A stretch of DNA of 64,000 bases from positions 174,779 to 238,778 of the forward strand of contig CASFKG010000001.1 in assembly GCA_949295325.1 (NCBI GenBank), given 5' to 3'. The notes under the pieces were generated by a model. The model did no database searches and had not been told where the DNA came from. It saw nothing but the letters and a program-made list of their open reading frames with translations. Below, one piece after another: positions 15,719 through 24,859 of the stretch (positions are counted from its first letter, which is position 1; every line of letters begins with the position of its first letter). The position numbers and the translations under genes are program-made. The DNA is from an uncultured bacterium (GTDB taxonomy: Bacteria > Bacillota_I > Bacilli_A > RFN20 > CAG-826).

Positions 15719-16937
15719 CGAGGAACTCCTTTCCGTGTCTAACTGCGTCGGCCAAGGCGTCTATGTCCTCCTTCGTGTTGTAGAAGTAGAAGGAAGCCCT
15801 GACCGTAGCAACGGTCTTGAGAAAATCCATGAGTATCTTCGCGCAGTGCTGTCCGCTGCGGACGGCTATGCCTTTGGAATTGAAATAGGTCGCGGCATCC
15901 TGGGCAAAGACGTCCTTGACGTTGAAGGTGAGAATCGGCCCGCTGCTGCCGGCATTGTAGATAATGGCGTTGCCCGTTTCGGCGATTTTATCGACGGCAT
16001 ATCGCTTAAGTTCGGTCTCGTAAGCCTCTATGTCTTCAAGGCCGATGGAGGAAATGTACTCGATTGCGGCCCGCAGGCCGATTATGCCCTCGAGGTTCTG
16101 CGTACCGGCTTCGAAACGCATCGGAGGAGCAAGGTAAGAGGCATCTCCGCACATGTCGAACTTCGCGTTATTGCCGCCGCCGGTCATGAAAGGATCCATT
16201 TGGGCAAGCAGGTCGTATTTGCCATAGAGGACGCCGATGCCGGTCGGACCGCAGAGCTTATGGCCGGAAAAACTCAAAAAATCTATATCGCTATCTTGGA
16301 CATCTGTTTTCTTATGGGGAACGGACTGGGCTCCGTCAACCGCCAATAAAATGCCGCGTTCATGGCATATCTTCGCTATTTCCTTTATCGGGGCCTGATA
16401 GGCTAAGACATTGGTTACTTCGGCGATGGAAACAAGCTTCGTATTCGGCGTTATCGCCTTTAAAACGTTGTCGACCGTAAGCGTTCCATCGGTATCAAGG
16501 GGTATGAAGCCGACGTGGGCACCGGTCATTTCTTTGACTTTGTACCACGGCAATACGTTACTTGCGTGTTCGGCTTCGGTCAGAAGAATCTCGTCGCCTT
16601 CCCGAAGGTGTTTAGCCCCATAGCCGAAGGCAAGGAGGTTAAGCGAAGCGGTCGTTCCGCTGGTAAAGACTATTTCCTCGCTCCGCCTTGCATTGATGAA
16701 ACGTTGGACGGCTTCCCTGGTCCTTTCGACTTCCTGGTCCATCTTGAAGCAGAGGTCGTAGTCGCCACGGTGCGAGTTGCTCGTCTCGTGGGTGTAGTAG
16801 TTTTCGACCGCCTTGATTACCGGATAGGGCTTGAAGGTGGTCGAGGCATTGTCGAGCCAAATCAGCGGTTTTCCCTGCATCGTCACTTTGTTGACGAACA
16901 TCGGGAAATCGGCGCGCAATTTGTAGGGATCTATCAT
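15705..16937 (-). CDS. sufS: cysteine desulfurase SufS (class II aminotransferase V)
   Basis: 410 aa. PLP lysine context SFSGHKLCGPTGIG and active-site loop RSGQHCA. Confidence 0.95.
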   Translation of the reverse strand: MIDPYKLRADFPMFVNKVTMQGKPLIWLDNASTTFKPYPVIKAVENYYTHETSNSHRGDYDLCFKMDQEVERTREAVQRFINARRSEEIVFTSGTTASLNLLAFGYGAKHLREGDEILLTEAEHASNVLPWYKVKEMTGAHVGFIPLDTDGTLTVDNVLKAITPNTKLVSIAEVTNVLAYQAPIKEIAKICHERGILLAVDGAQSVPHKKTDVQDSDIDFLSFSGHKLCGPTGIGVLYGKYDLLAQMDPFMTGGGNNAKFDMCGDASYLAPPMRFEAGTQNLEGIIGLRAAIEYISSIGLEDIEAYETELKRYAVDKIAETGNAIIYNAGSSGPILTFNVKDVFAQDAATYFNSKGIAVRSGQHCAKILMDFLKTVATVRASFYFYNTKEDIDALADAVRHGKEFLDAYF

Positions 16938-17611
16938 TTGACGCTCCTTTCTATTTCGGCGGAAAGGAGTTCTTTTTCCTTCATCTGGAAATATTCCAAA
17001 ACCGGCGAAAGGTAACCGTACACGATGAGTTTTCTGGCATCGTGTTCGCTGATTCCGCGGCTAAGCAGGTAGAAAAGATGGTCTTCCGATATCCTTCCTT
17101 CGGCGGAAGCATGGCTGGCGTCAACGTCGTTTTCGTCGATCTTGAGGATTGGCGACGCATTCGCCTTGCAGCCTTTGTCGAAGACTATGATACGTGCTTC
17201 CTGCCTGGTCTTCGACTTCTTGGCACCATGCTTTATATGGCCGGTACCGGAAAGGACGAGAGACGACTTCTCCGCCACGATGCCATAGCTTTGGCATAGG
17301 GCGTTGGAAAAGGACTGTTCGTGAATGGCCGAGACGTAAATTTCCTTGTGCGATCCTCCGCTCGAAATCGAAGCGACATGGGCGTTGAACCTAGCGCCTT
17401 TAGAAAGGCTTGCGGTGATTTCGATTTTGGAATCACCGTGTCCGAAAGAGGCAAAAGCCAGCTCAACGGAGGCGTTTTGCGCGATTTTCAAATCGATATG
17501 CGAGGATTTTTCCTCGCCGATAGTTGCTAGAAGAAGGCGGACCGCCTCCCCCTCCTTGACCTCATAGGCCAAAGATTCGGGAAGGTTTCCGAAGACGACC
17601 TTATTTTCCAT
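16934..17611 (-). CDS. sufD: Fe-S assembly protein SufD, short form
   Basis: SufD C-terminal signature DASHASAEGRISEDHLFYLLSRGI. ATG at 17611. The ORF cannot extend beyond 17638, so it is about 225 aa. Confidence 0.8.
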   Translation of the reverse strand: MENKVVFGNLPESLAYEVKEGEAVRLLLATIGEEKSSHIDLKIAQNASVELAFASFGHGDSKIEITASLSKGARFNAHVASISSGGSHKEIYVSAIHEQSFSNALCQSYGIVAEKSSLVLSGTGHIKHGAKKSKTRQEARIIVFDKGCKANASPILKIDENDVDASHASAEGRISEDHLFYLLSRGISEHDARKLIVYGYLSPVLEYFQMKEKELLSAEIERSVK

Positions 17612-18428
17612 TGACGCCCACCTTGGTGGCGCAGGCACCGATCGAAACCGAATTCATGGGGCGCTCGTCGGACTTTTCGATGCTGATTCCGAGTTCGTCT
17701 TTGATCCATTCGTAGCCTTCCCTGTCGATCCTGGAAGCAAGTTCCGGACCGCCGGTAACGGCGACCTTTCCGTCTATTATGACCGCGGTTTTCGTCGGCT
17801 TTACCATCTCGAAAAGTCGTTCGTAATGGGACACGATCACTAGACCCGTTCCCTTTTCCCGCTGCTTGTTTATCGCTTTGGCAACCACGTTCATCGCGTC
17901 GACGTCGAGACCGGAATCTATTTCGTCGAGGAAGGCGAATTTCGGATTTAGCAAAATCATCTGCAGGATCTCGTTGCGCTTCTTCTCCCCGCCCGAAAAG
18001 CCCTCGTTCAGGTTCCTCTTGCTCATTTCCAAGGGGATGCCGATTTCCCTATAGGCCTCCTGCAGCATTTTGTACCATTCGAAGAAAGCCAAAGGCTTTT
18101 CCCTATGGGCATTGACCGCGGCTTTGTAGAAGTCCGCGGAGTTGAGTCCGGGAATTTCGCTCGGGTTCTGCATCGCCAGAAATAGTCCCCGTTTAGAGCG
18201 TTCGTCCGGGGACAAGGCCAAAAGATCTTCCCCGTCGAGTTCCACGCTTCCGCCATAGACCTTGTAACGGGGGTTTCCCATAAGCACCCCGAGAAGGGTC
18301 GATTTCCCGTGGCCGTTGGGGCCCAAGACGGCCAGTATGTCGGCGCTGTCGACGGTCAGGTTCAGCCCTTTCAGTATGTGCTTGCCGCTTATCCCGGCGG
18401 TTAGGTTGTTGATAACTATTTTGGACAT
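17601..18428 (-). CDS. sufC: Fe-S assembly ATPase SufC
   Basis: ABC ATPase with GPNGHGKSTL Walker A, LNEGFSGGEKKR signature and FLDEIDSGLD Walker B. Confidence 0.95.
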   Translation of the reverse strand: MSKIVINNLTAGISGKHILKGLNLTVDSADILAVLGPNGHGKSTLLGVLMGNPRYKVYGGSVELDGEDLLALSPDERSKRGLFLAMQNPSEIPGLNSADFYKAAVNAHREKPLAFFEWYKMLQEAYREIGIPLEMSKRNLNEGFSGGEKKRNEILQMILLNPKFAFLDEIDSGLDVDAMNVVAKAINKQREKGTGLVIVSHYERLFEMVKPTKTAVIIDGKVAVTGGPELASRIDREGYEWIKDELGISIEKSDERPMNSVSIGACATKVGVNGK

Positions 18429-18520
18429 GTTTTCCCTTTTCCGGACGCCATTGTATACGCGACCGCATGGGGGCGCAAACGATACGGTCGGAGGCTGCCG
18501 GTGACGGACCTTTTTGCTTG

Positions 18521-18549
18521 TTGCAACGATTCTCTTTAGAGAATAGACT
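18521..18549 (+). promoter_or_regulatory. candidate promoter for the lipoprotein operon with an embedded palindrome
   Basis: TTGCAA, 17-nt spacer, TAGACT. The spacer carries the palindrome ATTCTC-TTTA-GAGAAT (18529-18544) in the suf/lipoprotein divergent region. Confidence 0.3.
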
Positions 18550-18600
18550 TACTACGCAACTTTGAAAGGTTGGTTTTATTTTGGAGGAGCATCCCCGCAT

Positions 18601-20685
18601 ATGAAAACGAAAATCAAAGCGATCGCGGTGCTTGGAGCCTTCGTCGGAGCCCTTGCCCTAACCGGGTGCAACGGCGCCACCCCGAACAATGGGGGCAATA
18701 TCCTGACCTATACCGACAGCAACGGCAATGTCGTCGGTTATACGGCTGAGGAACTGCTGCGCGACTACCAAGCCAACGGCTCGGCCTTGTCGACCCAATT
18801 CGACAAGATCTACGAGGTGTTGATCCGCAAGTATTACAGCACCCCTGCCCAGGCGACCGTTTATCAGAACATCCTCAACAATGCCCAAAACGCCGTCCAA
18901 AGCGATATGGAAACGGCCCAGAACAACGCCGCAAGCAACGGCACGACCTATGAAGCCGAACTGCAGTCGATACTCGATAGCCACTCGGTGGAAAACATCG
19001 ACGAACTTCTCGAGTATTACATCTATAACGGCACCGGGACCGGCGAAAACGACTTTGTCGGAGAAAAGGGTACATTCGAGACCGACTTCTACGCCGATAA
19101 CATCGCTGCCATCAGGGACGGCAGCGCCGAAGGGCTGGACGGTACTGACCCCATCTTCCCGGAATCCGAAGAATACGGCGACGGGAACAACGGCTGGATA
19201 AAGGAAACCATCCCCTACCACGTCCGCCACGTGCTTATCAATGTTTCCGCATCCTATACCGACTTCGTTACCGGCGAAATAACCGAGGACGATGCCAAGG
19301 CCCTTTCGACCGCGGTATTCTCCCTTGCCGGCGATAGCGGCAACCAGACTCCCGCCACTCGCAGGCAGACCTTCGGCCAGATTGCCAATACCCAGAGCGA
19401 TGACGAAACTAGCGCCGTACGCTACGGCGATCTCGGCATCATGCCGGACAGCTTCGTCAACGAATTCCGCCTTGGCATATACGCCTACGAATCCTTATAT
19501 AACAAGGAAACGACCACGACCGAATTCGGCCGTAAGTACGTCTACAAGATCACCCCGGGGCTTACCCAAGAAGCGACCAGCCAAGCCGACGTGGACGAAG
19601 ACCAGACCGTCGGTTACGGTTCCTCCGAAACGACGATCAACGCCTTCTTTGCCCACGGAGAAGACTACGATGCCGAGATAAACAGCGTATCGAGCGGCAT
19701 CGGGACCATCCCCTACGGCGCTGCCGTCGCCTTGGCCAAGACCGCGGACATCGACCGCGATGATAATGACCAACTCGTAAATGAAGGAATCGCCACCACT
19801 TATCCCCGCAACATCATATTCAACAAGTACTTCAACAAGCACAACGTCTGCGTCATCACGCCGAACGACATCGCCTACAACAACGGTAGCATCAGCGCGG
19901 ACGCCAAAGACGGCGAATACAGCGCGACTTTCGGTGCCCTCCCGGGATTCCAGTACGACACCACCGATGTCTTGCCCCAGTTCGGACATAACGTTCTGAC
20001 CAACGAATCCGGCCAGATCATATTGGCCGTCCGTGCCGGTACCAGCGATTATAGCGGCATCCACTTCATAGTCATTGAGCGCAGCGGCCTTAGCCAGTAC
20101 GGCTCTTCCATCGCGGACGGCAAGGTCACCGTCAATTCACAGAAGACCGACGGCGTAGCCGACCTGAGCGAGTACTATACCCTCCATACCACCGCCGAAT
20201 CCTCCTATCCGGAGGACAGCGAAGGCAACGACCTCAACACCTACGTCAACTTCAACACCCAGACCGTTACCGGCGGAAGCAGCGACAACAACCAGACGTC
20301 CCGCGTTTCCACCATCCGTAGCGCCATCCAGGGCTATAGCGACGCCATTTCCACCTACATCTTCCAGCAACTAATGGAAGAAGGAACCGAAGAGGGTGCC
20401 AAGATCACCTTCCTCGACAGCAAGCTGGAAAGCGACATGCAGCGCTACATCCGTCTGCGCCGCACCTCGGCCGAAGACGATGACTTCGAGGCCCTCAAAG
20501 ATGCCTGGAGCACCTATGCGGAACTCCTTACCGCTCAGAACTCCATGCGCAGCGTCGGCTACGACGAAAACGGGGGCGTCACCAACGGACGTCCGTACCT
20601 TGTTCCGGAACGCTGTGCCATCGGTTACGGCACCCATACCGGAAGCGATTGGACGGAAGGAGGAGTCTGCTACTATGCTAACTAA
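18601..20685 (+). CDS. PrsA-like parvulin (PpiC) foldase lipoprotein, very long form
   Basis: Signal and lipobox MKTKIKAIAVLGAFVGALALTGC. Parvulin blocks YHVRHVLINV, FGQIANTQSDDETSAVRYGDLGIMPDSFVNEF and a distal SGIHFIVIER. GGAGGAG lies upstream of the ATG at 18601. Confidence 0.7.
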   Translation: MKTKIKAIAVLGAFVGALALTGCNGATPNNGGNILTYTDSNGNVVGYTAEELLRDYQANGSALSTQFDKIYEVLIRKYYSTPAQATVYQNILNNAQNAVQSDMETAQNNAASNGTTYEAELQSILDSHSVENIDELLEYYIYNGTGTGENDFVGEKGTFETDFYADNIAAIRDGSAEGLDGTDPIFPESEEYGDGNNGWIKETIPYHVRHVLINVSASYTDFVTGEITEDDAKALSTAVFSLAGDSGNQTPATRRQTFGQIANTQSDDETSAVRYGDLGIMPDSFVNEFRLGIYAYESLYNKETTTTEFGRKYVYKITPGLTQEATSQADVDEDQTVGYGSSETTINAFFAHGEDYDAEINSVSSGIGTIPYGAAVALAKTADIDRDDNDQLVNEGIATTYPRNIIFNKYFNKHNVCVITPNDIAYNNGSISADAKDGEYSATFGALPGFQYDTTDVLPQFGHNVLTNESGQIILAVRAGTSDYSGIHFIVIERSGLSQYGSSIADGKVTVNSQKTDGVADLSEYYTLHTTAESSYPEDSEGNDLNTYVNFNTQTVTGGSSDNNQTSRVSTIRSAIQGYSDAISTYIFQQLMEEGTEEGAKITFLDSKLESDMQRYIRLRRTSAEDDDFEALKDAWSTYAELLTAQNSMRSVGYDENGGVTNGRPYLVPERCAIGYGTHTGSDWTEGGVCYYAN

Positions 20686-22405
20686 GAAGAAACTGGGCGG
20701 CCTGGCCGTCACCATAGCGGCCTCGGCCCTGATGCTCGGCGCCTGCAACACCGTCGAAGCACGCCCGACCGATGCCGAATACTACCAGAACATCCTCAAC
20801 CTCAAGGACATCGTGAACAACCAGATGAAGGAAATCTACGATGCCGTCGTCGTCCCCGGCGATACCAATTCCGAGACCGTCCTCAATAACGTTCTCTACC
20901 GTTACGCCACCACGATGTTCGGAAACTTCTACGGCGAAGAAGGGGCCGCTAGCCTCAAAAACGCCGTCCTCGGCAACGATGAAACGATGCTCCAAGCCAT
21001 TGCCGATACCTACGAGGTCTACGGCGGCAACGCCGAAAAGGTCAAGGCCATGTACCGCAGCATCGTCATGCGCCTCGAAGAAGTCTTCCTTGGCTACGTC
21101 CAGGACGAAACCTACCAGAACCGCAAGGTTTTCGAGGAGGAAGAATTCTACGATGCCCGGATTGCCGAATACTACGACTTGCCGGAAGTGGAGTCGACCG
21201 ACTTCAATAGGAAGCTGGTCGATGGTTCCATCCGCCTCGAGGAAGGGACCTTGGGCGTCGACGATACCCTCGTCGGGACAAACGGCTATTTCGGAAACAT
21301 TCTCGACCGCTACCAGCCCTACATCGAAGTGGCGGTTCTGCCGACCATCTACCGTAGCCTTCTTACGAGCCAGTACCTCATCGAGGAGAACTACAGGGCC
21401 CTCGGACTGAGCTACGCCCGCAAGGTCGACATCATCAACCTCGCCAACAACAGCGACCCGAATTACGTCTACGCTACCCGCAACCTCATGGATGCCTATA
21501 GCGACCTCGTGATAAACGGGGGCTACGAAGAGGACAATGCCGGCACCACGGTCGATGCCAATACATACGGTTTCGAGTTCCTCTCTTCCCTTTACAAGGG
21601 AACCTACGATGCCGGAAGCGATGCTACCGGGGCAGCCCTCGCGGAAGCCATCTACGAGCAGGCCGACTGGACCACCGGTACGATTTCTAGCGATCCGCTC
21701 GACCCGGACGGAGGGGAAACCACCTACTACCACGAGTCTTCCCTAGGCAAGATCTACGACGACTACCTGAAACTGACCGAAAGCCGTTACAGCGACGACG
21801 ACACGATCCGCAACGACTTCACCGGCAACGGTGCCTACGCCCCGGAAATCGGGTTCATGATCAAGTACCAGGACCTCGTGGCCGAAAGCCATACCACCCA
21901 CGGATGGTACACTTCCACCGGCCTCCCGAGCGACACCATCCCCTCGGCCATGCAAACTAGGCTCTTCCGCATGAATGTCGCTAACGAAGTCGACTTCAAC
22001 CTGACCGAAGATGGCGATGCCTACGTCGACGACCTCGACATGGATTACGGTTGGTATAGGGGAGGAAACTACTATCTCGTACCCGCCAACTACGAATCCG
22101 GGGACGAAACTCCCTACGTCGTTACCGATGCCGGCAACTGGTACATCGTCAAGGTCGACGAAGCCGTCAAGACGGCCAAACTGAGCGAAACCAACGACCA
22201 GAGCTACGCCAACATGCCCAAGCATTCCGACGATGCGCTCTATCTCGACAACATCGCCAGGGAAGTTGCCTACACCCTTTCTAGCAACGACACCTACGTC
22301 AGTTCGGCCAACCAGTATTACGTGGAACAGATGGCCATCTCCTTCCACGACGACGACGTCTACGACTACTTCAAGTCCACTTTCGCCGGACTCTTCAACG
22401 ATTAA
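20675..22405 (+). CDS. large secreted lipoprotein (function unknown; compositionally similar to the preceding gene)
   Basis: MLTKKKLGGLAVTIAASALMLGAC lipobox. ATG at 20675 is preceded by GGAAGGAGGAG and overlaps the upstream gene by 11 nt. D/Y/N/T-rich, with a C-terminal NWYIVKVDE. Confidence 0.75.
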   Translation: MLTKKKLGGLAVTIAASALMLGACNTVEARPTDAEYYQNILNLKDIVNNQMKEIYDAVVVPGDTNSETVLNNVLYRYATTMFGNFYGEEGAASLKNAVLGNDETMLQAIADTYEVYGGNAEKVKAMYRSIVMRLEEVFLGYVQDETYQNRKVFEEEEFYDARIAEYYDLPEVESTDFNRKLVDGSIRLEEGTLGVDDTLVGTNGYFGNILDRYQPYIEVAVLPTIYRSLLTSQYLIEENYRALGLSYARKVDIINLANNSDPNYVYATRNLMDAYSDLVINGGYEEDNAGTTVDANTYGFEFLSSLYKGTYDAGSDATGAALAEAIYEQADWTTGTISSDPLDPDGGETTYYHESSLGKIYDDYLKLTESRYSDDDTIRNDFTGNGAYAPEIGFMIKYQDLVAESHTTHGWYTSTGLPSDTIPSAMQTRLFRMNVANEVDFNLTEDGDAYVDDLDMDYGWYRGGNYYLVPANYESGDETPYVVTDAGNWYIVKVDEAVKTAKLSETNDQSYANMPKHSDDALYLDNIAREVAYTLSSNDTYVSSANQYYVEQMAISFHDDDVYDYFKSTFAGLFND

Positions 22406-22425
22406 CCCACCGCGGGTTTATAATT

Positions 22426-22455
22426 GGGATGGGGTAAAAGCCCCATCCCTTTTTG
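22426..22455 (+). terminator. intrinsic terminator of the lipoprotein operon
   Basis: GGGATGGGG-TAAAAG-CCCCATCCC followed by TTTTT. Confidence 0.7.
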
Positions 22456-22478
22456 AATGATTTGTTAATAGGAGAACT

Positions 22479-22889
22479 ATGAAAGACGTATTCTGCAGGA
22501 TTATCGACGGGGAAATACCTTCCACCCGCGTCTACGAAGACGACGACGTCTTGGCGATTCTCGACATCAGCCAAGCCACGAAGGGCCATACGTTGGTGAT
22601 GCCCAAAAAGCATTACGAATCGATGCTCGACACGCCGAAGGACACCCTCCACAAGGTCTACGACGTGGCCCAGCGCATCGCCCAGGCGATGGAGGCGGTA
22701 CTCGGGGCCAAGGGGGTCAATATCCTTACCAACGCCGGCGAATGCGCCGGGCAATCCGTCCCCCACTTCCACGTCCACGTCATACCGCGCTACATAAAGG
22801 GCGAAGGCGGCTTCCAGATAACGATGAAAAACCGGGAAAACCAGGAAGACCTCCCGAAGATCGCGCTTACCTTGAAGGAGGGCCTGTAA
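22479..22889 (+). CDS. HIT (histidine triad) family nucleotide hydrolase
   Basis: GHTLVMPKKHY and the triad HFHVHVIPR. AGGAGAA RBS. Confidence 0.9.
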   Translation: MKDVFCRIIDGEIPSTRVYEDDDVLAILDISQATKGHTLVMPKKHYESMLDTPKDTLHKVYDVAQRIAQAMEAVLGAKGVNILTNAGECAGQSVPHFHVHVIPRYIKGEGGFQITMKNRENQEDLPKIALTLKEGL

Positions 22890-22934
22890 CGTTTTTGCCA
22901 TTAGGCAAAAGGCAAATGTAAAAAGGGAGGGGGT

Positions 22935-22963
22935 TTGACAAGACCCTTCCCTTCTTTTAAATT
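22935..22963 (+). promoter_or_regulatory. candidate sigma-70 promoter of an orphan small RNA
   Basis: TTGACA (22935-22940), 17-nt spacer, TAAATT (22958-22963). No ORF follows. Confidence 0.45.
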
Positions 22964-22969
22964 GCGGGT

Positions 22970-23094
22970 GTAGGAAACGTCCGGTCCCCCGCGCGACGAG
23001 TCATTGCGATACGGATTAGATCCCCCTTCAGGGACCAGGACGTCTAAGGCCATTAGGGAATAGCCTATCGTTCCCGAGATGGCCTTTTCTTTTG
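22970..23094 (+). ncRNA. candidate small non-coding RNA, about 125 nt, family unknown
   Basis: Lies between the promoter above and a terminator (AGGCCAT..GGGAA-loop-TTCCC..ATGGCCT then TTTTCTTTT). It contains a 12-bp interrupted stem, ACGTCCGGTCCC / GGGACCAGGACGT. There is no ATG until the terminator. Confidence 0.35.
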
Positions 23095-24033
23095 CTATTT
23101 TATGTTGGGCTTGAAGAAATAACCGTCGTCCATCGCGTAGATTCGTTGGGTCCAACTATCGGGTTCGAGACCGTAGAGGGCTTTGTCCAGCACGTCCATC
23201 TTCGCGTCGAAATCGTCGATGACGGAAAGGGCGTAGGCTTCCCTGGTCATCGGACGGACGGGGCTGCCGAATTCGGGCTTTCCGTGGTGGCTGAGCACCA
23301 TATGCCTCAGGCAGAGGACGGATTCGTCTTTCTCGATTCCCAATTCCTTGGCCTTTTCGGCTATCATCGCGTCCCCAATGACGATATGGCCGAGCAATTT
23401 CCCTTCGTCCGTGTAGTGGGTGGTGATCGGACCGCTTAGTTCCTCGATCTTGCCGATATCGTGGACGAGGCAGCCGCAAAGAAGCAAATCGCGGTCAAGC
23501 TTGGGGTAAAGCGAGGATATCTGGACGGAGAGGTCGGCCATGCGGATGGAGTGGTACAAAAGCCCGTTCAGGCAGTTATGGTGGTTCTTAACCGCGGCGG
23601 GGTGGGTCGTATAGGACTCCCGGTTATCGGCGATCAAAGCGGTGACGAGTCTTTTCAGAGGGCCCTCCTTGAGGGAACCGAGGTAATTGTCGAGCTTACC
23701 GATCAAAATCTCGGGCTTCACCGGGCAAGGAAGGGCAAACCTCGTGATGTCGACGAGCGATTGGTCCAGTTCCCTAACCGCGGTTATCTTGAACTGCAGG
23801 GTCCCCTTGTAGTCGAGCACGTCCCCGGCAAGCGATACGACGCTTCCGGCGGAAAGGATTTCCTCGTCCCGGGGTTCGATGTCCCAGCGCTTCCCGGCGA
23901 TGGTTCCGCTGGAATCCTGAAGCGTCAGGTTGAGATAGGGACGGCCGTTGTTGGAGACGCAGCGGGCCACGCTGGAGACCAAAAACTGCGAATCGATGTG
24001 GTCGCCGTCCTCGAATTTGCTAATGAGTTTCAT
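23095..24033 (-). CDS. yhaM: 3'-5' exoribonuclease YhaM (OB-fold plus HD domain)
   Basis: The N-terminal OB region NGRPYLNLTLQDSSGTIAGKRWD resembles B. subtilis YhaM. HD motif CGCLVHDIGK. Confidence 0.85.
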   Translation of the reverse strand: MKLISKFEDGDHIDSQFLVSSVARCVSNNGRPYLNLTLQDSSGTIAGKRWDIEPRDEEILSAGSVVSLAGDVLDYKGTLQFKITAVRELDQSLVDITRFALPCPVKPEILIGKLDNYLGSLKEGPLKRLVTALIADNRESYTTHPAAVKNHHNCLNGLLYHSIRMADLSVQISSLYPKLDRDLLLCGCLVHDIGKIEELSGPITTHYTDEGKLLGHIVIGDAMIAEKAKELGIEKDESVLCLRHMVLSHHGKPEFGSPVRPMTREAYALSVIDDFDAKMDVLDKALYGLEPDSWTQRIYAMDDGYFFKPNIK

Positions 24034-24859
24034 CCATTTCCTCCAAAAAGGCCAGGACGTCGCCGCTTTGGTATCCCTTCCGGATAAGGGCAGCGTATAT
24101 CTTCGGCCTTTCCGATTTCCAATTATAGCCTTGCGCGAGGCGGCTTATCAGCCTTTTGCCTTCCCTAACTAGGGATTCCCGGTCTTCTTCGTCCTGCGAT
24201 TCCGTGTTCCCGATGCTTGCTATCAACGGTTCTATTTCCGAATGGGAATACCCCCTTCTGAGCAAGGCGTCCTGCACTTTCGCCTTCCTTTTGAACAAAG
24301 GAACCCGGGAATACCTCCGATTTAGGGCTTGGAAGGCGTTTTGGAGGGCCTCGGCGTCGATTTCGACGTCTTGCTCGGGCAAACCCTTTTCGGCGAGCTT
24401 GCGGCCGATATAGGCCTTCCCGTGACCGGTCGACGCATATTGGTCTATCAGCTGCTCGGCCAGGTCCTTTTCGTTTATCAAGCCGAGCTCTTCCATCTCC
24501 TGAGACAGACGGTAGGACGTCTTTTTGTCGTTGCCCTTGCGGACGAGGGCCTCGTAGGTTTCCTTTTTGGAACGGTTGCCCCGGGTCACGTAGTTCAGCG
24601 CGTAGTTCTTGGCCTTTTCTTCCTTTACGGCTTTCGCCATCTCCTTGAGCTCCCCGCGGCTTACTTCCTTGCCCTTGTAAAGGTAAAAACCCGAATAGGT
24701 ATCCGGGGACATCCTGAAAACCTCGCCCGATTCCATGTAGACCTCGACGGCGGATTTCCTTACCCCGACGTAGAGGACCTTGTCACCAGTTTTTCCGGAT
24801 GGCACGCCCGTAAACCTCCATGATCGAGGAAGCGAAGCGGTCGAGGCTATAGGGCTCAA
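24020..24859 (-). CDS. recX: RecX-like regulatory protein (start uncertain)
   Basis: Repeated RecX-type helical motifs: LVRKGNDKK, LLRRGYSHSEIEPLI, ALIRKGYQSGDVLAFL. The ORF start at 24859 overlaps the GT4 gene by 77 nt. An internal ATG at 24736 is an alternative start. Confidence 0.7.
   Translation of the reverse strand: MSPIASTASLPRSWRFTGVPSGKTGDKVLYVGVRKSAVEVYMESGEVFRMSPDTYSGFYLYKGKEVSRGELKEMAKAVKEEKAKNYALNYVTRGNRSKKETYEALVRKGNDKKTSYRLSQEMEELGLINEKDLAEQLIDQYASTGHGKAYIGRKLAEKGLPEQDVEIDAEALQNAFQALNRRYSRVPLFKRKAKVQDALLRRGYSHSEIEPLIASIGNTESQDEEDRESLVREGKRLISRLAQGYNWKSERPKIYAALIRKGYQSGDVLAFLEEMDETH

Noticed and set aside
20396-20674. 93-codon N-terminal extension of the second lipoprotein ORF, and the 13-codon extension at 18562-18600 of the first.
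   Set aside because: The extensions overlap the upstream gene or lack an RBS. Internal ATGs with strong SD sequences open directly onto canonical signal peptide and lipobox sequences.
22970-23094. Identification of the orphan sRNA candidate as SRP (4.5S) RNA, tmRNA, 6S RNA or RNase P RNA.
   Set aside because: There is no GNRA tetraloop flanked by the AGG / AGCA symmetric-loop motifs of SRP helix 8 on either strand. There is no tRNA-like end. The length and motifs are wrong for 6S or RNase P. It is kept only as an unclassified candidate.
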